Source of the DNA: Paraspadella gotoi
Lineage: Eukaryota > Animalia > Chaetognatha
NCBI GenBank assembly: GCA_051294375.1
Contig: CM119266.1
Span: forward strand, 4,385,866-4,449,865
DNA: 64,000 bases
Direction: 5' to 3'
Positions within the stretch are counted from its first letter, which is position 1; every line of letters starts with the position of its first letter. A model generated the notes under the pieces. It was not told where the DNA came from. It saw only the letters and a list, made by a program, of their open reading frames with translations, and did no database searches. The translations under genes were made by a program, and so were the position numbers. Below are positions 26,863-39,816 of this stretch, piece by piece.

Positions 26863-27681
26863 CAAGGTTTACCTCGACCCGATTCCACGACATCAAAACT
26901 GGTTTTGCGTCGGACGTCGACGCATAAAGGAATCCCCAATTCTGATCCCTTGTCCCCGATCCATCTACCTGATCTCCAATCCCAGATCCATCGATACCCC
27001 TAGATTTAGGGAGGATAATACGCAGCGCCACGCAGCGCGTCAACTGCGTATCGCACTGCGGGGCGTCGCGTTACGTCACTTGTGTTCTACTCATCGTTTC
27101 GTGTCAAAGAATCGAAAGCTACGGGGATCAAGATGAGAGATGAGAGATTTTCTGTTGTTGTTGTTGTTGTTGTCGTTGTTTGTGACGTCATTGTTGTAAT
27201 TATTTCCGCNNNNNNNNNNAAGTTGTTGTTTTGTTGTTGTCTTTGTTTAAGTTGTTGTTCTTTTTTTTGTTGACATCATCATTTTGACTGTTTTTTTTTC
27301 TATTTTTCTTTTGTTTGCTTTAATCGTTTCCCACTGTAATGTCGGACTGAAGGTGAGTCTGATTTTCACTTAATTAATTTTTTTTGGGAATTATACATTA
27401 AAAAAAATGAATAAATAATCCAATTGAAATCAAATCAATTCCCACGCAACGAAAATTTCCCTCTGCGTTGATCGACGAAAAAAAGGGAAATAAAATGGCA
27501 AAAAATGGCAAAAAAATGGCAGAAATTGGGGAAATAAAAAATGTTTGAGTCAACGAATCAGATTTTTAGATCGACCCCCCCCCCAACCTCTGTCGTAAAT
27601 CAAGGGCGAAAGTCGCTGACTCATTTTCCAATTTTCCTTATTTTTTTTTTAATTTCGGTATAAAATCACCGCAAATTGCAA

Positions 27682-27841
27682 CAGTCAGAACCAATTACAT
27701 CCGGGTGGTTAAATTACGAGGCAACGACTTCCGGATTTCGGTTTTCTCTCTCAGTCAGAACCAATTACATCCGGGTGGTTGGTTGCGAGGCAACGACATC
27801 CGGATTTCGGTTTTCTCTCTCGGTTTCCCAGATGACGTCAA
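27682..27841. promoter_or_regulatory. Tandem ~69-bp duplication carrying four ETS-type CCGGA(A/T)GT sites and two CCAAT motifs, followed by a palindromic CRE (TGACGTCA)
   Basis: cagtcagaaccaattacatccggg...gaggcaacgac(t/a)tccggatttcggttttctctct occurs twice; tgacgtca at 27833-27840. Function is inferred from motif match only. Confidence 0.4.
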
Positions 27842-28233
27842 CCGCTCGAGACTCATAGGCTTAAATTCTTAAGCTTTAATATTTAGACGGGAAATTTCTT
27901 GATATTGAAAAAATAAACCAAGCAATCAATCATCAACGCATGTCAGGAACCAACTTTAAACTCTTCACGAAATTTTAATTCTGCTTTTATAAAAATCAAC
28001 AAAATTTATCGCGAGTTAAGGTACAAACGTAATAATTTACTTTTTCGGCGAATATAAATAATACTATTACAGTTTAATTTAATAAATAGTAAATAGCGTA
28101 AACAAAGAAAACTGAGGCTTCAACCGAAACTGAGGCTGAATCTTTTTAAAAACAAAAGGGAATCGCTTCCTCCGATTCGAATCTCGGGTCGGGCCGGACT
28201 GGCCCGGACAAGACCCGGGGCCGGTTCTTCAAA

Positions 28234-28298
28234 CCCGCCCCCTGCCCCCTTTGGGGGCATCGCCATGGCAACGGAACGCCGCGGATGCCCTTAGCAAC
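28234..28298. promoter_or_regulatory. Two RFX X-box-like motifs plus a GC box in a GC-rich island
   Basis: atcgccatggcaac (28259-28272) and gatgcccttagcaac (28284-28298) against the consensus GTTGCCATGGCAAC; ccgccc at ~28235. Confidence 0.45.
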
Positions 28299-28440
28299 CG
28301 ACGACGATTGAAATCTCCTCCTTTTTGATTCATGAGGATCTTGAGGTCCTCCCAGTGGAGGAGGAGGAGGAGGAGGAGGAGGAGGATGAGTCGCAGGTGC
28401 TCAAGTCTTTCTGATAAGATCGTTATCTACATCAACGAGG

Positions 28441-28484
<44 letters not shown>

Positions 28485-28562
28485 CAACGAATCTTTGTCA
28501 ACAAATATTTTTTTCTCATTGTTGTCAAAAATAAATGAAAAGGCAGAATTCGTTTTTGAAAA

Positions 28563-28564
28563 TG

Positions 28565-28648
<84 letters not shown>
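28563..28648. repeat. (AAT)n microsatellite
   Basis: Direct reading. Confidence 0.95.
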
Positions 28649-29443
28649 GAGGAAGAGGAAAAAGAAAAAAACAAAATATACTCCTGAAAGAAAGCAAAAA
28701 AAAAAAAAANNNNNNNNNNNNNNNNNNNNNNNNNNNNNNNNNNNNNNNNNNNNNNNNNNNNNNNNNNNNNNNNNNNNNNNNNNNNNNNNNNNNNNNNNNN
28801 NNNNNNNNNNNNNNNNNNNNNNNNNNNNNNNNNNNNNNNNNNNNNNNNNNNNNNNNNNNNNNNNNNNNNNNNNNNNNNNNNNNNNNNNNNNNNNNNNNNN
28901 NNNNNNNNNNNNNNNNNNNNNNNNNNNNNNNNNNNNNNNNNNNNNNNNNNNNNNNNNNNNNNNNNNNNNNNNNNNNNNNNGAGATTACAACTAAATTGAA
29001 AAAGTTTTTTTGTGAATTGGGGAATTAAACCCGATAGAAAAAAATAATGATTACGTCCTAGGGCAATCGTGTTGTTGTTGTTGTTGTTGTCGTTGTCGTC
29101 GTCGTCGTCGTCGTTGTTACCCACTAATTTTTAAACTGATAAAAAAATACCTCCAGTCCCCTACTTAGGACATATCTTCTAAAAGCTCCCTATTTCAGCT
29201 NNNNNNNNNNNNNNNNNNNNNNNNNNNNNNNNNNNNNNNNNNNNNNNNNNNNNNNNNNNNNNNNNNNNNNNNNNNNNNNNNNNNNNNNNNNNNNNNNNNN
29301 NNNNNNNNNNNNNNNNNNNNNNNNNNNNNNNNNNNNNNNNNNNNNNNNNNNNNNNNNNNNNNNNNNNNNNNNNNNNNNNNNNNNNNNNNNNNNNNNNNNN
29401 NNNNNNNNNNNNNNNNNNNNNNNNNNNNNNTTAGAGTCAATAG

Positions 29444-29720
29444 TAAGGATTAAGATTAAGATTAAAGTTAAGAATAAAATAAGGATTAAGGTTAGGAATT
29501 AAGGATTAAGGATTAAGGATTAATATTAAGATTAAAGTTAAGAATAAATTAAGGATTAAGGTTAGGGATTAAGGATTAAGATTAAAGTTAAGAATAAATT
29601 AAGGATTAAGGTTAGGGATTAATATTAAGATTAAGATTAATATTAAGATTAAATATTAATAATTAATTAAAGTTAAGGTTTGGGATTAAAGTTAATGATT
29701 TGATTAAAGCTTTAACGTTT
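29444..29720. repeat. AT-rich minisatellite built from TTAAGGA/TTAAGA/TTAAAG subunits, with a higher-order repeat
   Basis: attaagattaaagttaagaataaa..aaggattaaggttagg recurs three times. Confidence 0.85.
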
Positions 29721-30319
29721 AAGGTTTGGATATTAAATCTAAAATTAAGTAAAAAGAATGAGGAATAGAATCGGGTCTTTTTCTAAATATAGTGCCCGAA
29801 CTTTTTATAAAAATTTTATTTGATTAACGTTTCCTATTTTTTCTTTAGGCATTTTTTCCCTTTAGCCATTTTAGAAAATTATATTACTTTTTTAATGGAA
29901 ATTGCTTTTTTTTGTCCTGACGACAAGAAAAAAATTATCGACGACAGAATTTTTTTTTAATGTTTTAATTTAAAAAATTAAAAAGGCGAAACCTTTATTA
30001 AATTTTCTCTCTCTTTTTAAGTTTAAAATACATGCGGCGGACAAGAGAATTAAAATTTCAAAATTGCGCCTTTCGTTTCCCAGATAAGAATAAAAAATAA
30101 TTAAAAAAAAACAATTTAAAAAAGAAAAGAAATAAGAAAGAGTAGAAAAGCCAAAAGGTGAAACGGCGTCTAAAGCAAAAGTTCAAATCTCTTTTTTTAT
30201 ATATTCTAAATATTTTTTAAACTTTTTTTTATTTCTTTACTTAAAAAAGAAAAAAGTTAAACTCGACCTCAAATCTTTTCATTCCTATCATTTTATTTTT
30301 TTTCTCTCGCAGGGACCTC

Positions 30320-30355
<36 letters not shown>

Positions 30356-30679
30356 NNNNNNNNNNNNNNNNNNNNNNNNNNNNNNNNNNNNNNNNNNNNN
30401 NNNNNNNNNNNNNNNNNNNNNNNNNNNNNNNNNNNNNNNNNNNNNNNNNNNNNNNNNNNNNNNNNNNNNNNNNNNNNNNNNNNNNNNNNNNNNNNNNNNN
30501 NNNNNNNNNNNNNNNNNNNNNNNNNNNNNNNNNNNNNNNNNNNNNNNNNNNNNNNNNNNNNNNNNNTCTCTCGGTCTCCCTCTCTCTCTTCTCCCAATTT
30601 CTTCATTTTAAGTTACACGTGTGAATTATGTGAAGGATTGAGTCTCAGAATTTTGATTTCATTCGATTCCATTTTGACA

Positions 30680-31769
30680 ACATCTCTCTCTCTCTCTTCA
30701 AGATTCGATCATGTTTCCCATTTCTTTCCTTTTCGATTGTGAATCCTATTTTCTCCTTCACTTGACGACGACGACGACGACGACGACGACGATATTCTGT
30801 TGAACTGTGAAGTGACGACTGTGAAAACAAATGAGAGTGAAAAGTGAAATCCTGCGGTGAAGATGAGTTTCGTAGTAGAAAGTTGTGGTTTTCGTGACAG
30901 ATTATTGTAGTCACGATGTGATATATGTGATATAAGCGGAAAAATGATTGTTATAATTCGTTAGTCACCCTCGTTATAAAATAGGAACAACTAACACAAA
31001 GTTGTCCATGACTTTGGACAGGCTATTCCCCTCGTCCTCCATCCCTCATATAAGATAATAACAGAGCAAGACACCGCAAGATTTCTATCAGTTTACCAGA
31101 AAACTTGGATTCCCTATCAATGAAGTGGTACAATGTCTTTGGGAACAGTTTAATAAAGGACGACCCTCATAAATGATCTTTTTTTAAATCTCTTATGACA
31201 CATTTTCAGATTTAATAATCTTAAACTACACAAACTCTATCCCAAAAGCCGGATTACGACGAAAATAACGAAGACGACGACGACGACGACGACGACGACG
31301 AATCCCCGCCAAGAAACGACTCTAACCCCCGAATTCCCGGAGGGAGGATTTTATTTTAATGAGAATCGTGACGTTGACATCACGCCGAGAGGTGACGTCA
31401 GATCCCCAAGACCGACCGACAGACCGAAGGAGGGACAGACCGACTGACCAAAACATTGTATTTCCTCAAAAGCGTCAGCGATCGAGAGATTGATCGTCCA
31501 AAGCGGCATCGATCTTCAGATCAAATTCGAAAATCCATAGAAAAAGGAGAGAGAAAGAAAGAAAGAAGAAAGAAAATTATGGAAAGAAATAAAGAAAGAA
31601 TGGAAGAAAGAGAAAAGTAAAAATAAGAGAAGCAGAGATAGAAAGAATAAACAGGAAAAAGAAGAAAGAAAAAAAATCGGAGAAAATAAAAAAAGAAAAT
31701 CTTAAGAAAGTTTTGAGACTTGACCCTAAGAGGCGACGGGACGGCAAATCTCCGAATGGCGCATCCAAT

Positions 31770-31866
<97 letters not shown>

Positions 31867-32135
31867 GCTATCTCTCTGCCAGTTTTCAAGGAGAATGGAT
31901 TTCGANNNNNNNNNNNNNNNNNNNNNNNNNTCTCTTTATTTTTCCTTTTCTCTTTCTTTCCATCTTTCTTTATTTCTTTCCATATTTCTTTCTTTCCTTC
32001 TTTCTTTCTTTCTCTCTCTTTTTCTATGTCTCTCTCTCTCTCTCTCGTGTCATGATCCGCAAATCAAGCTTCCCACGCCTGGAACGGATGTTCATTCAAT
32101 ATCAAGATGCCAGGGAAACGAATTCAAATGTAAGG

Positions 32136-32167
<32 letters not shown>

Positions 32168-32608
32168 TACATTCGGTTCGATTCAACACGTGGGACAGAA
32201 TATTTATTACTTGTTTTTTACTTAATGTTTTTGTTAGTTTTTTTAAAGTTTTAACTTTATAAGCCTTTTTAGTACCTTTCTCAAATTTTTTAAATTAAAA
32301 ATATTTTTTCTTTTTTAACCAAAAATTTAGAGAAAAAGTTTATTTATGTTTTTTTTGCCAAATTAAAATTGTCAAAACAAGTAATTGATTAGTTATATAA
32401 ATTTGTCCAACAAAAGAAATAAATTTCCATTTAAAAGATTTTTAGTTTAAAAAAAAATTGAAGCAGATTTTCTAATTTTCGGAATTTATCTTTCACAAAA
32501 TAAAGGAAAAGATTAAGATTGAAAATATATCCAACGTATCATAATTCATTGACTTTAGAATAATACTTTCGGCTTTTTTTTGGTCTGGTCGACCCTGAAG
32601 AGATAATG

Positions 32609-32642
<34 letters not shown>

Positions 32643-32966
32643 NNNNNNNNNNNNNNNNNNNNNNNNNCCATAGAAAAAGGAGAGAGAAAGAAAGAAAAGA
32701 AGGAAAGAAAAAATTATGGAAAGAAATAAAGAAAGAATGGAAGAAAGAGAAAAGGAAAAATAAAGAGAAGCAGAGATAGAAAGAATAAACAGGAAATAAG
32801 AAGAAAGAAAAAAATGGAGAAAATAAAAAAAGGAAAATCTAGAGAAGTTTTGAGACTTGACCCTAAGAGGACGAACGGGACGGAGAATCTCCGAATGGCG
32901 CATCCAATTGTGAGAGAGAGAGAGAAGAGAGAGAGAGAGGGAGAGGAGAGAGAGAAGAAGAGAGAG

Positions 32967-33006
<40 letters not shown>

Positions 33007-33935
33007 TGGCTATCTCTCTGCGTTTCAAGAGAATGGATTTCGAAATTTGATCTGAAGATTCGATGCCGAGCTTTGGACCGATGCAATCTCTCGATCGCTG
33101 ACCGGCTTTTGAGAAATACAAAAGTGTTTTGGTCCAGGTCGGTCTGTCCTCTTCGGTCCTGTCCGGTCGGCTTCTTGGGGATCTGAGGGCGTCCACCTCT
33201 CGGCGTGAATGTCAACGTCACGATTCCTCATTAACATAAAATCCCCCTCCTCCGGGGAAATTCGGGGTTTAGAGTCGTTTCTTGGGCGGGGATTCGTCGT
33301 CGTCGTCGTCGTCGTCATCGTCTTCGTTATTTTCGTCTGTAATCCGGCTTTTTGGATAGAGTTTGTGTAGTTTAAAATTATTAAATCTGAATGTGCATAA
33401 GAGATTAAAAAAAGTCATGTTATAAGGTCGTGGCCTTGTATGTAATACGTGTTCGCCAAGACATTGTAACCACTTCATTGATAAGGGAAGTCCAGTTTTC
33501 AATGGAGTAAAAACTGATAGAAATCTTGCGGGGTCTTGCTCTGGTTTAATTATCTTATATGAGGGATGGAGGACGAGGGGAATGCGCGCTGAACCAAAGT
33601 CATGGCAACTTTGTGGTTAGTTGTTCCTAATTTTGATAACGAAGGGTGACTAACGAATTTTATGAACAATCATTTTTTTCCGCGATATGATATCACATAT
33701 ATCATCGATCGTGACTACAATAATCTGTCACGAAAACCACAACTTTCTACTACGAAACCCATCTCACCGCAGGAATTTCATCTTTCTCAACTTCAATTTG
33801 TTTTTCACAGGTCGTCACTTCACAGTTCAACAGAATATCGTCGTCAGTCCGTCGTTCGTCGTCGTAGTCAAGTGAAGGAGAAATAGGATTCAACAATCGA
33901 AAAGGGAAAGAAATGGAAACATGATCGAATCTTGA

Positions 33936-34009
<74 letters not shown>

Positions 34010-34463
34010 TACATTCGGTTCGATTCAACACGTGGACAGAATATTTTATGACTTTGTTTTATTTACTTAATGTTTTTGTTAGTTTTTTTTAAAGTTTTAA
34101 CTTTACTAAGGCTTTCTAGTAACCTTTCTCAAAATCTCTAAATCAAAAATATTTTTTCTTTTTAACCAAAAATTTAGAAGAAAAAGTTTATTTATGTTTT
34201 TTGCAAATTAAAAATTGTCAAAACAAGTAATTGTATTAGTTATATAATTTGTCCAACAAAAGAAATTAATAATTTCCATTTAAGATTTTTAGTTTAAAAA
34301 AGACAAATTGAAGGCAGATTTTCTAATTTTTCGGAATTTATCTTTCCACAAAATAAAGGAAAGATTTAGACTTGAAATATATCCAAACGATATCATAATT
34401 CATTGACATTTAGAATAATTACTTTCGGCTTTTTTTTGGTCTGGTCGACCCTGAAGAGATAAT

Positions 34464-34500
<37 letters not shown>
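30680..34500. repeat. Tangle of direct and inverted duplications (probable mis-join or redundant gap fill)
   Basis: 30680-31540 is the reverse complement of ~33030-33950; 31536-31905 = 32668-33043; 31931-32030 is the reverse complement of ~31536-31630; 32140-32640 = 33990-34500. Differences are dominated by indels. Confidence 0.85.
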
Positions 34501-34535
<35 letters not shown>

Positions 34536-35334
34536 CTCCTCTCTCTCTCTCTCTCCATTCGAGGGGGAAAAGAATAAATACGGATTCTTTTTGCCATCGA
34601 TTTGCATTTTGTATTCGAGTCATAATATCTCGAAGTCTTGAAGACCGAGGGAAGTGTGTTTTTGTGTGTGACTGAGTAGTTTGTGTGTGAGAGGTGAGTT
34701 TGTTTGAGTCTGCAGGTGTGAGCGAGTCTGTTTGTGTGAGATCTTTTGAGTGTTTTCACTCTTAATTCACCCCAATTGTTTTAACCCTTAAAACTCTATT
34801 TCTTGAAACGGTTATGTCTGTGATCCCTGTGTGTGTTTTTCTCTGCGTGTCTTTAACTCTGATTCTCTGTTTGTTGTGCCACTCCGTCTCTATCACTCCC
34901 TCTCCGTCTCTCTCTCTCCCGCTCCCGTCTCTATCTCCCACTGCGTTTTTACAATGAAGTAAAAAGTCAAGGTTTTTCTCGCTGAGGGGTCGAAACGTCG
35001 AAAGGGGAAGAGAGAGGGAAGCCGCCCAGAATTTAATACTTTAATAGAAAGAAAAACAGAGAGAGAGAGAGAGACCCACAAGGACCGGAAACACGCGAAA
35101 ATCTACTTAATTTAAAAAAGTCTTTCTGGGTAAAAATTTCGGTAAACAAACGAAGCGAATGAAAAAAAAAGGTGTTGAGTGTTGATAAGTGAGGCGAAAT
35201 CAAAAGAACAACGAATTTTAAACAAATTGTTCTTTTTTGTTTTGGATTAAAAAAAAAACAACTCGTAAGCGAAACCAGAAAGAAAAAACAAACAAAAGAC
35301 TTTTAAAGAAATAAAAAGGATTTTTGAGGAAATT

Positions 35335-35381
<47 letters not shown>

Positions 35382-36099
35382 TTTGTCGCTTCGTTGTAAC
35401 AGTAAGTTGGAAGTGACCCAGAGGTAAAGGGGTTCCCCATAAGCCTGTGACTGTGTGGATACTATCCACTATCCACTATCCACTGGATAGTCAACGCTTT
35501 TGCCCTTCCGGAACTTCGAGAGTGAGATCGCTTCCGGTGGAAACAGAATCATCCATAAGCTAGTGAAATAACATCAATACATTACGAGTTTAAATTTATA
35601 CCTGGCATAGAAAAATGTTTTCCTGTTTTGTTGTTGTTGTTGTTTTTGTTTTAAGGGGGGGGGAACAGGGTGAACCAAAATTAAAACATTTTAGTTGGAA
35701 AAGAATCGAGACTTTGATATTTGTAGCCAAAAAACATTTGGAGGACTAAAGTTCGTCGCGGGAAAAAATCAAAATAAAAACCAAAGGAATCACAGAGTAA
35801 TCAAGCAGGAATGTGAGAAGAATCGTAGCAGAGGAACCGAGGAACCACAAAGAAATTACAGGTAGAATCAAAGAAAACACAATGAAAAATCAGTGAGCAA
35901 TCACAGAAAAATCACAGAGGGGCGGGCAGTTAAANNNNNNNNNNNNNNNNNNNNNNNNNGGAAATACGTATGACTCTGACGAAATCGCTAACAACTTTTC
36001 GGGATTTTTTTTATTTATTCCGAAGTGTTATTTTTTTTTTGGTCATCCTTTGCCGTGATGACCGAAAAAAAAAACTGCACAGAGATCGACATCAAAGCC

Positions 36100-37016
36100 T
36101 CTCTCTCTTTTCCAAAGGTTGAGCTCTCATTTCTTTCTTTTCCTTTCTCTTTTTTGACCTCCCGACTCGGAGACGAACAAGAAAAAATACTCTCTCTCTC
36201 TCGCGCTCTCGTGAAATACTCCGCGCACCAAGTGAAGCGTTAACGAAACAGAAAGGGAAAAAAAAGGGAAAGAAAGGGAAAAAAAAAGGCTCGAAACAAG
36301 AAAGGAAAAGAAAATGAAAAAGAAAGGAAAAAAGAAAAGAGTTAATAAACTGAATCTGAAAAGAATCGTGATAGAAAAAGCTCCGCTATGTTTTCGTCTC
36401 GAAAGTCTGTATGGATAATATTAACCCACGACGCTTGTTCACAAGATTAGGGACAGATTATTATTAAAATATAAGATGATATTTTTAAATGATGCATTAA
36501 TTTCGTAAGGAATAAGGAACACGATAAGTCGATGAGAGCTAAAAAAATTTCGCGCGGAAAAAAAAACTAAAAAGAGAAAAAAAAAGTTTTCTTCCCTTTC
36601 TTTCGCGGACTGGCGAGGGAGAGACGCCACGAATAAAGAGAAGAGAGGAATAACGCCGGGAACGAGAGACGAAAACATTTTCTTTTCCAAAGGTTGAGTT
36701 CATTTTCTTTTTCTTTTTCTTTCTTTTTTTGAGTTCGACGTCGGAGACGAAAAAGAAAAAAATAAATTTTTTTCGAGTTCGTGAAAATACTGAAAAAGGA
36801 AACAAGTGAGAGAGGTAAGGAAAAGAAAGGAAAAAGAAAGGGAAAAGAAAGGAAAAAGAAAGGAAAAAGAAAAGAAGTTAATAAACTGGAATCTGAACGA
36901 GTCGTGATAGAAAGCTCGCTATGTTTTCGTCTCGAAAGTTGTATGGAAATCTTAACCCACCGACGCTTGTTCAAAGATTAGGGACAAGATTATTTATAAA
37001 ATAAAAGGATGATATT
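36100..37016 (+). repeat. Tandem duplication of ~350 bp (36100-36485 and 36680-37016)
   Basis: ttttccaaaggttgag...gctatgttttcgtctcgaaagt...gattagggaca appears twice, next to gaps. Confidence 0.8.
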
Positions 37017-37724
37017 NNNNNNNNNNNNNNNNNNNNNNNNNNNNNNNNNNNNNNNNNNNNNNNNNNNNNNNNNNNNNNNNNNNNNNNNNNNNNNNNNNNN
37101 NNNNNNNNNNNNNNNNNNNNNNNNNNNNNNNNNNNNNNNNNNNNNNNNNNNNNNNNNNNNNNNNNNNNNNNNNNNNNNNNNNNNNNNNNNNNNNNNNNNN
37201 NNNNNNNNNGAGAGAGAGAGAGACGATAGAGAGAGAGAGAGACCGGGGAGACGCTTTTTCTTTCGGACGAAGCAACGATCGAAGAGGAAGAGGAGGAGGA
37301 GGAGGAANNNNNNNNNNNNNNNNNNNNNNNNNNNNNNNNNNNNNGACCCGAGATTCGGTCGCTTCGTCGTTTCTTAAATTAATCGTAAAACAGAAAAGAA
37401 GATTTTGTACTGAATCGTAAAGAGAGAGAGAGAGAAAAAGGAGAAAGAGAAAGAGACTGTAAATTGAGAATAGGACAAGGGGATGTTATTATCTCTTGTG
37501 CTCCCGACGATTGGGAGAGAGAGACGAGAGAGAGAGAGANNNNNNNNNNNNNNNNNNNNNNNNNAGAGAGAATTGAGAGAGACGAGAGAGTATGAGAGTG
37601 AGACGTAGAGATGCAGCAGAGAGATCTGAGAGAGAGAGAGACGAGGAGAGAGAGAGAACGAGAGAGGAGAGAGAGGGAGAGAGAGAAGACGTAGAGAGGA
37701 GAGCAGACGTAAGAGAGGAGAGAT

Positions 37725-37746
37725 ACGATAGATAGGATAGATAGAT

Positions 37747-37777
<31 letters not shown>

Positions 37778-37835
37778 GATCGATAGATTAGATTTAGATG
37801 AGCTAGATGATTAGATTAGATAGATAGACAGATAG
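37725..37835. repeat. (GATA)n microsatellite, degenerate
   Basis: Direct reading. Confidence 0.9.
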
Positions 37836-38609
37836 AGCAGAGACAGAGTTACTAAAAGGTCCCAAGTTTCGATGACTAGACCGAATCTCCAATCGCTTCG
37901 ATGAATCCAAGTTTTTCTCAAACTCGTTTTCTTGATTTCAGACGAAAGAAGAAGAAAAGAAATAATACGGATTAACCTCAACTAAAACAACATCACTTTC
38001 ACACGGGGGTGATATTCGAAGATGACGACGACGATGACGAAGAAGAATAAGAAGAAGAAGACGAAGAAGATGACCACTGAAACGAATACCTGTTGTGACG
38101 ACGACGACGACGACGAAAACAATCGCATCTCGCGCCGACGAGGCTAATTCTGTGGTCTGTCTGTCTGTCTGTCGGTCGATCGGTCAGTCGGTTCTTGGGA
38201 GGCCAGACCCGAACCTCGTCCTTTCAAGATCAAATTCAATCTCAGCTGGAATCCTGTGAAAATCTAATCGGTTAAGGCAGAGAGAGAAAGTCGCTAATTA
38301 CAAGGATCGAATATGAAATAAATAATGATTAAATCGAATACTTATATGTAAAATATATCAAACTTTTATGAAAATTCAATAAATAAATTATCCATTAATT
38401 ATATTCGTTTTAAAATTTAGTCTACTTTAATCTAATGTAGTAAAACAGGTAATGAATAATGAATAATCCATAAAACTTTAACTTTTAAAATCTCTAACAT
38501 CTTTCGACCAAAAAAATTACCTTATGGAATAATAAGTATTTGTAATTTTTAAATATGTTAACGATAAATCTTCAAAACCTTAATTCTTTTAATGTTTGTT
38601 ACAGATAAA

Positions 38610-38720
38610 ATGACTTGGGTCCGGACGTCAGTCTATCCTCAAGTCCGGGATTCGAACCCGGAGCCATCCTCGTCAAGGCCCACGTCACCGAAGACGAACG
38701 GGCATCGGGAGATGACGACA
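38610..38720 (-). mobile_element. tRNA-derived SINE-like fragment (Pol III B box)
   Basis: 38645-38661 reads ccgggttcgaatcccgg on the minus strand, a T-arm/B box. No complete cloverleaf is seen. Confidence 0.4.
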
Positions 38721-38722
38721 GC

Positions 38723-38791
<69 letters not shown>

Positions 38792-38880
38792 CACACAATT
38801 TCCCCGATCGTCCGTCTTAATAAAATGCGCTGAATTTCTTTGACATCGGGACGCGATCGACCGGGTGGGCCTGAGGGTCG

Positions 38881-39170
38881 TTGAGAGTGGAAGATTGAGA
38901 GTGGAATGTGAATTGAGAATGGAAGATTGAGAGTGGAATGTGAATTGAGAGTGGAAGATTGAGACTGGAAATTGGCAATAGAAAATGGATTGAGAGTGGA
39001 AGATGGAGACCGGAAGATGGAATGAGAGTAAAATAATGAGAGTGGAATGTGAATTGAGAGTGGAAGATGGAGAAAGGAAAATGGATTGACAGTGGAAGAT
39101 TGAGACTGGAGGGTGGATTGAGAGTGGAAGATTGAGTGTGGACTGCGGAATGTGGATTGAGAATGGAAAA
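38881..39170. repeat. 14-16-bp minisatellite (GAGAGTGGAAGATT / GAGAGTGGAATGTGAATT)
   Basis: About 18 diverged units read directly. Confidence 0.9.
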
Positions 39171-39770
39171 GTTTTTGGTTTTTTGGCAAAAACCGATTAA
39201 AAACCGACAATTATGTAATCGATAAAACCAATACCATAAATTATCTCTTTAACCAATAAACAAGTATTTTGCCACATACCTATGCTTGGTTAAAACCTCC
39301 ATCCCTATTAGTAATAGTATTACAAGCAGAACCCTACAAGCCTTACAATATAGTATCGACGTATTTGAAAAAAAATTGTTAAAAAAAACCAACTCATTGA
39401 AAAATAAAGACTATCTGTAGTTTGATGAGAAACTCGAGACACTAAATGATGAACTATGAACGATGAACAACGATGAACGATGATTGATGAACGATGAGTC
39501 TGAATCTTCGTTCGTCCCTCATTTGTGTCATCATTAGGAATAATTAGCGAACGGAAAAAAGGGAACCATAAATTTAAAAAAAAAAAAAATTAAAAAAAAA
39601 GAAAACTCTTTGATATCAAGTTTTTTGTTGTTGAAATTTTTGACCCCGAGGGAAATAAATGGCGCCGCATCTCCCATTTGGCATCTGCTGCAGCTCCCAT
39701 TTACATCTGTCGATTTCCGAATTTCAATAAAAAAAACGGGCATGGCATATTGATCGACATTTCTTTTCAG

Positions 39771-39816
39771 ACTTTCATTCTCCGAATTCTGTTCCCAATA
39801 TGCAGTAATCCATAAA
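39771..39816 (+). CDS. Candidate micro-exon encoding (R)LSFSEFCSQYAVIHK
   Basis: Bounded by ttcttttcag| and |gtaagt; only one frame is open. Further acceptor-like sites lie at ~39859 and ~40030. Confidence 0.35.

Noticed and set aside
29444-29720. Interstitial telomeric repeat
   Set aside because: Only isolated TTAGGG/TTAGG words within a TTAAGGA-type satellite.
34978-35010. Hammerhead ribozyme core (ctgagggg..tcgaaacgtcg)
   Set aside because: No CUGANGA box and no stem II.
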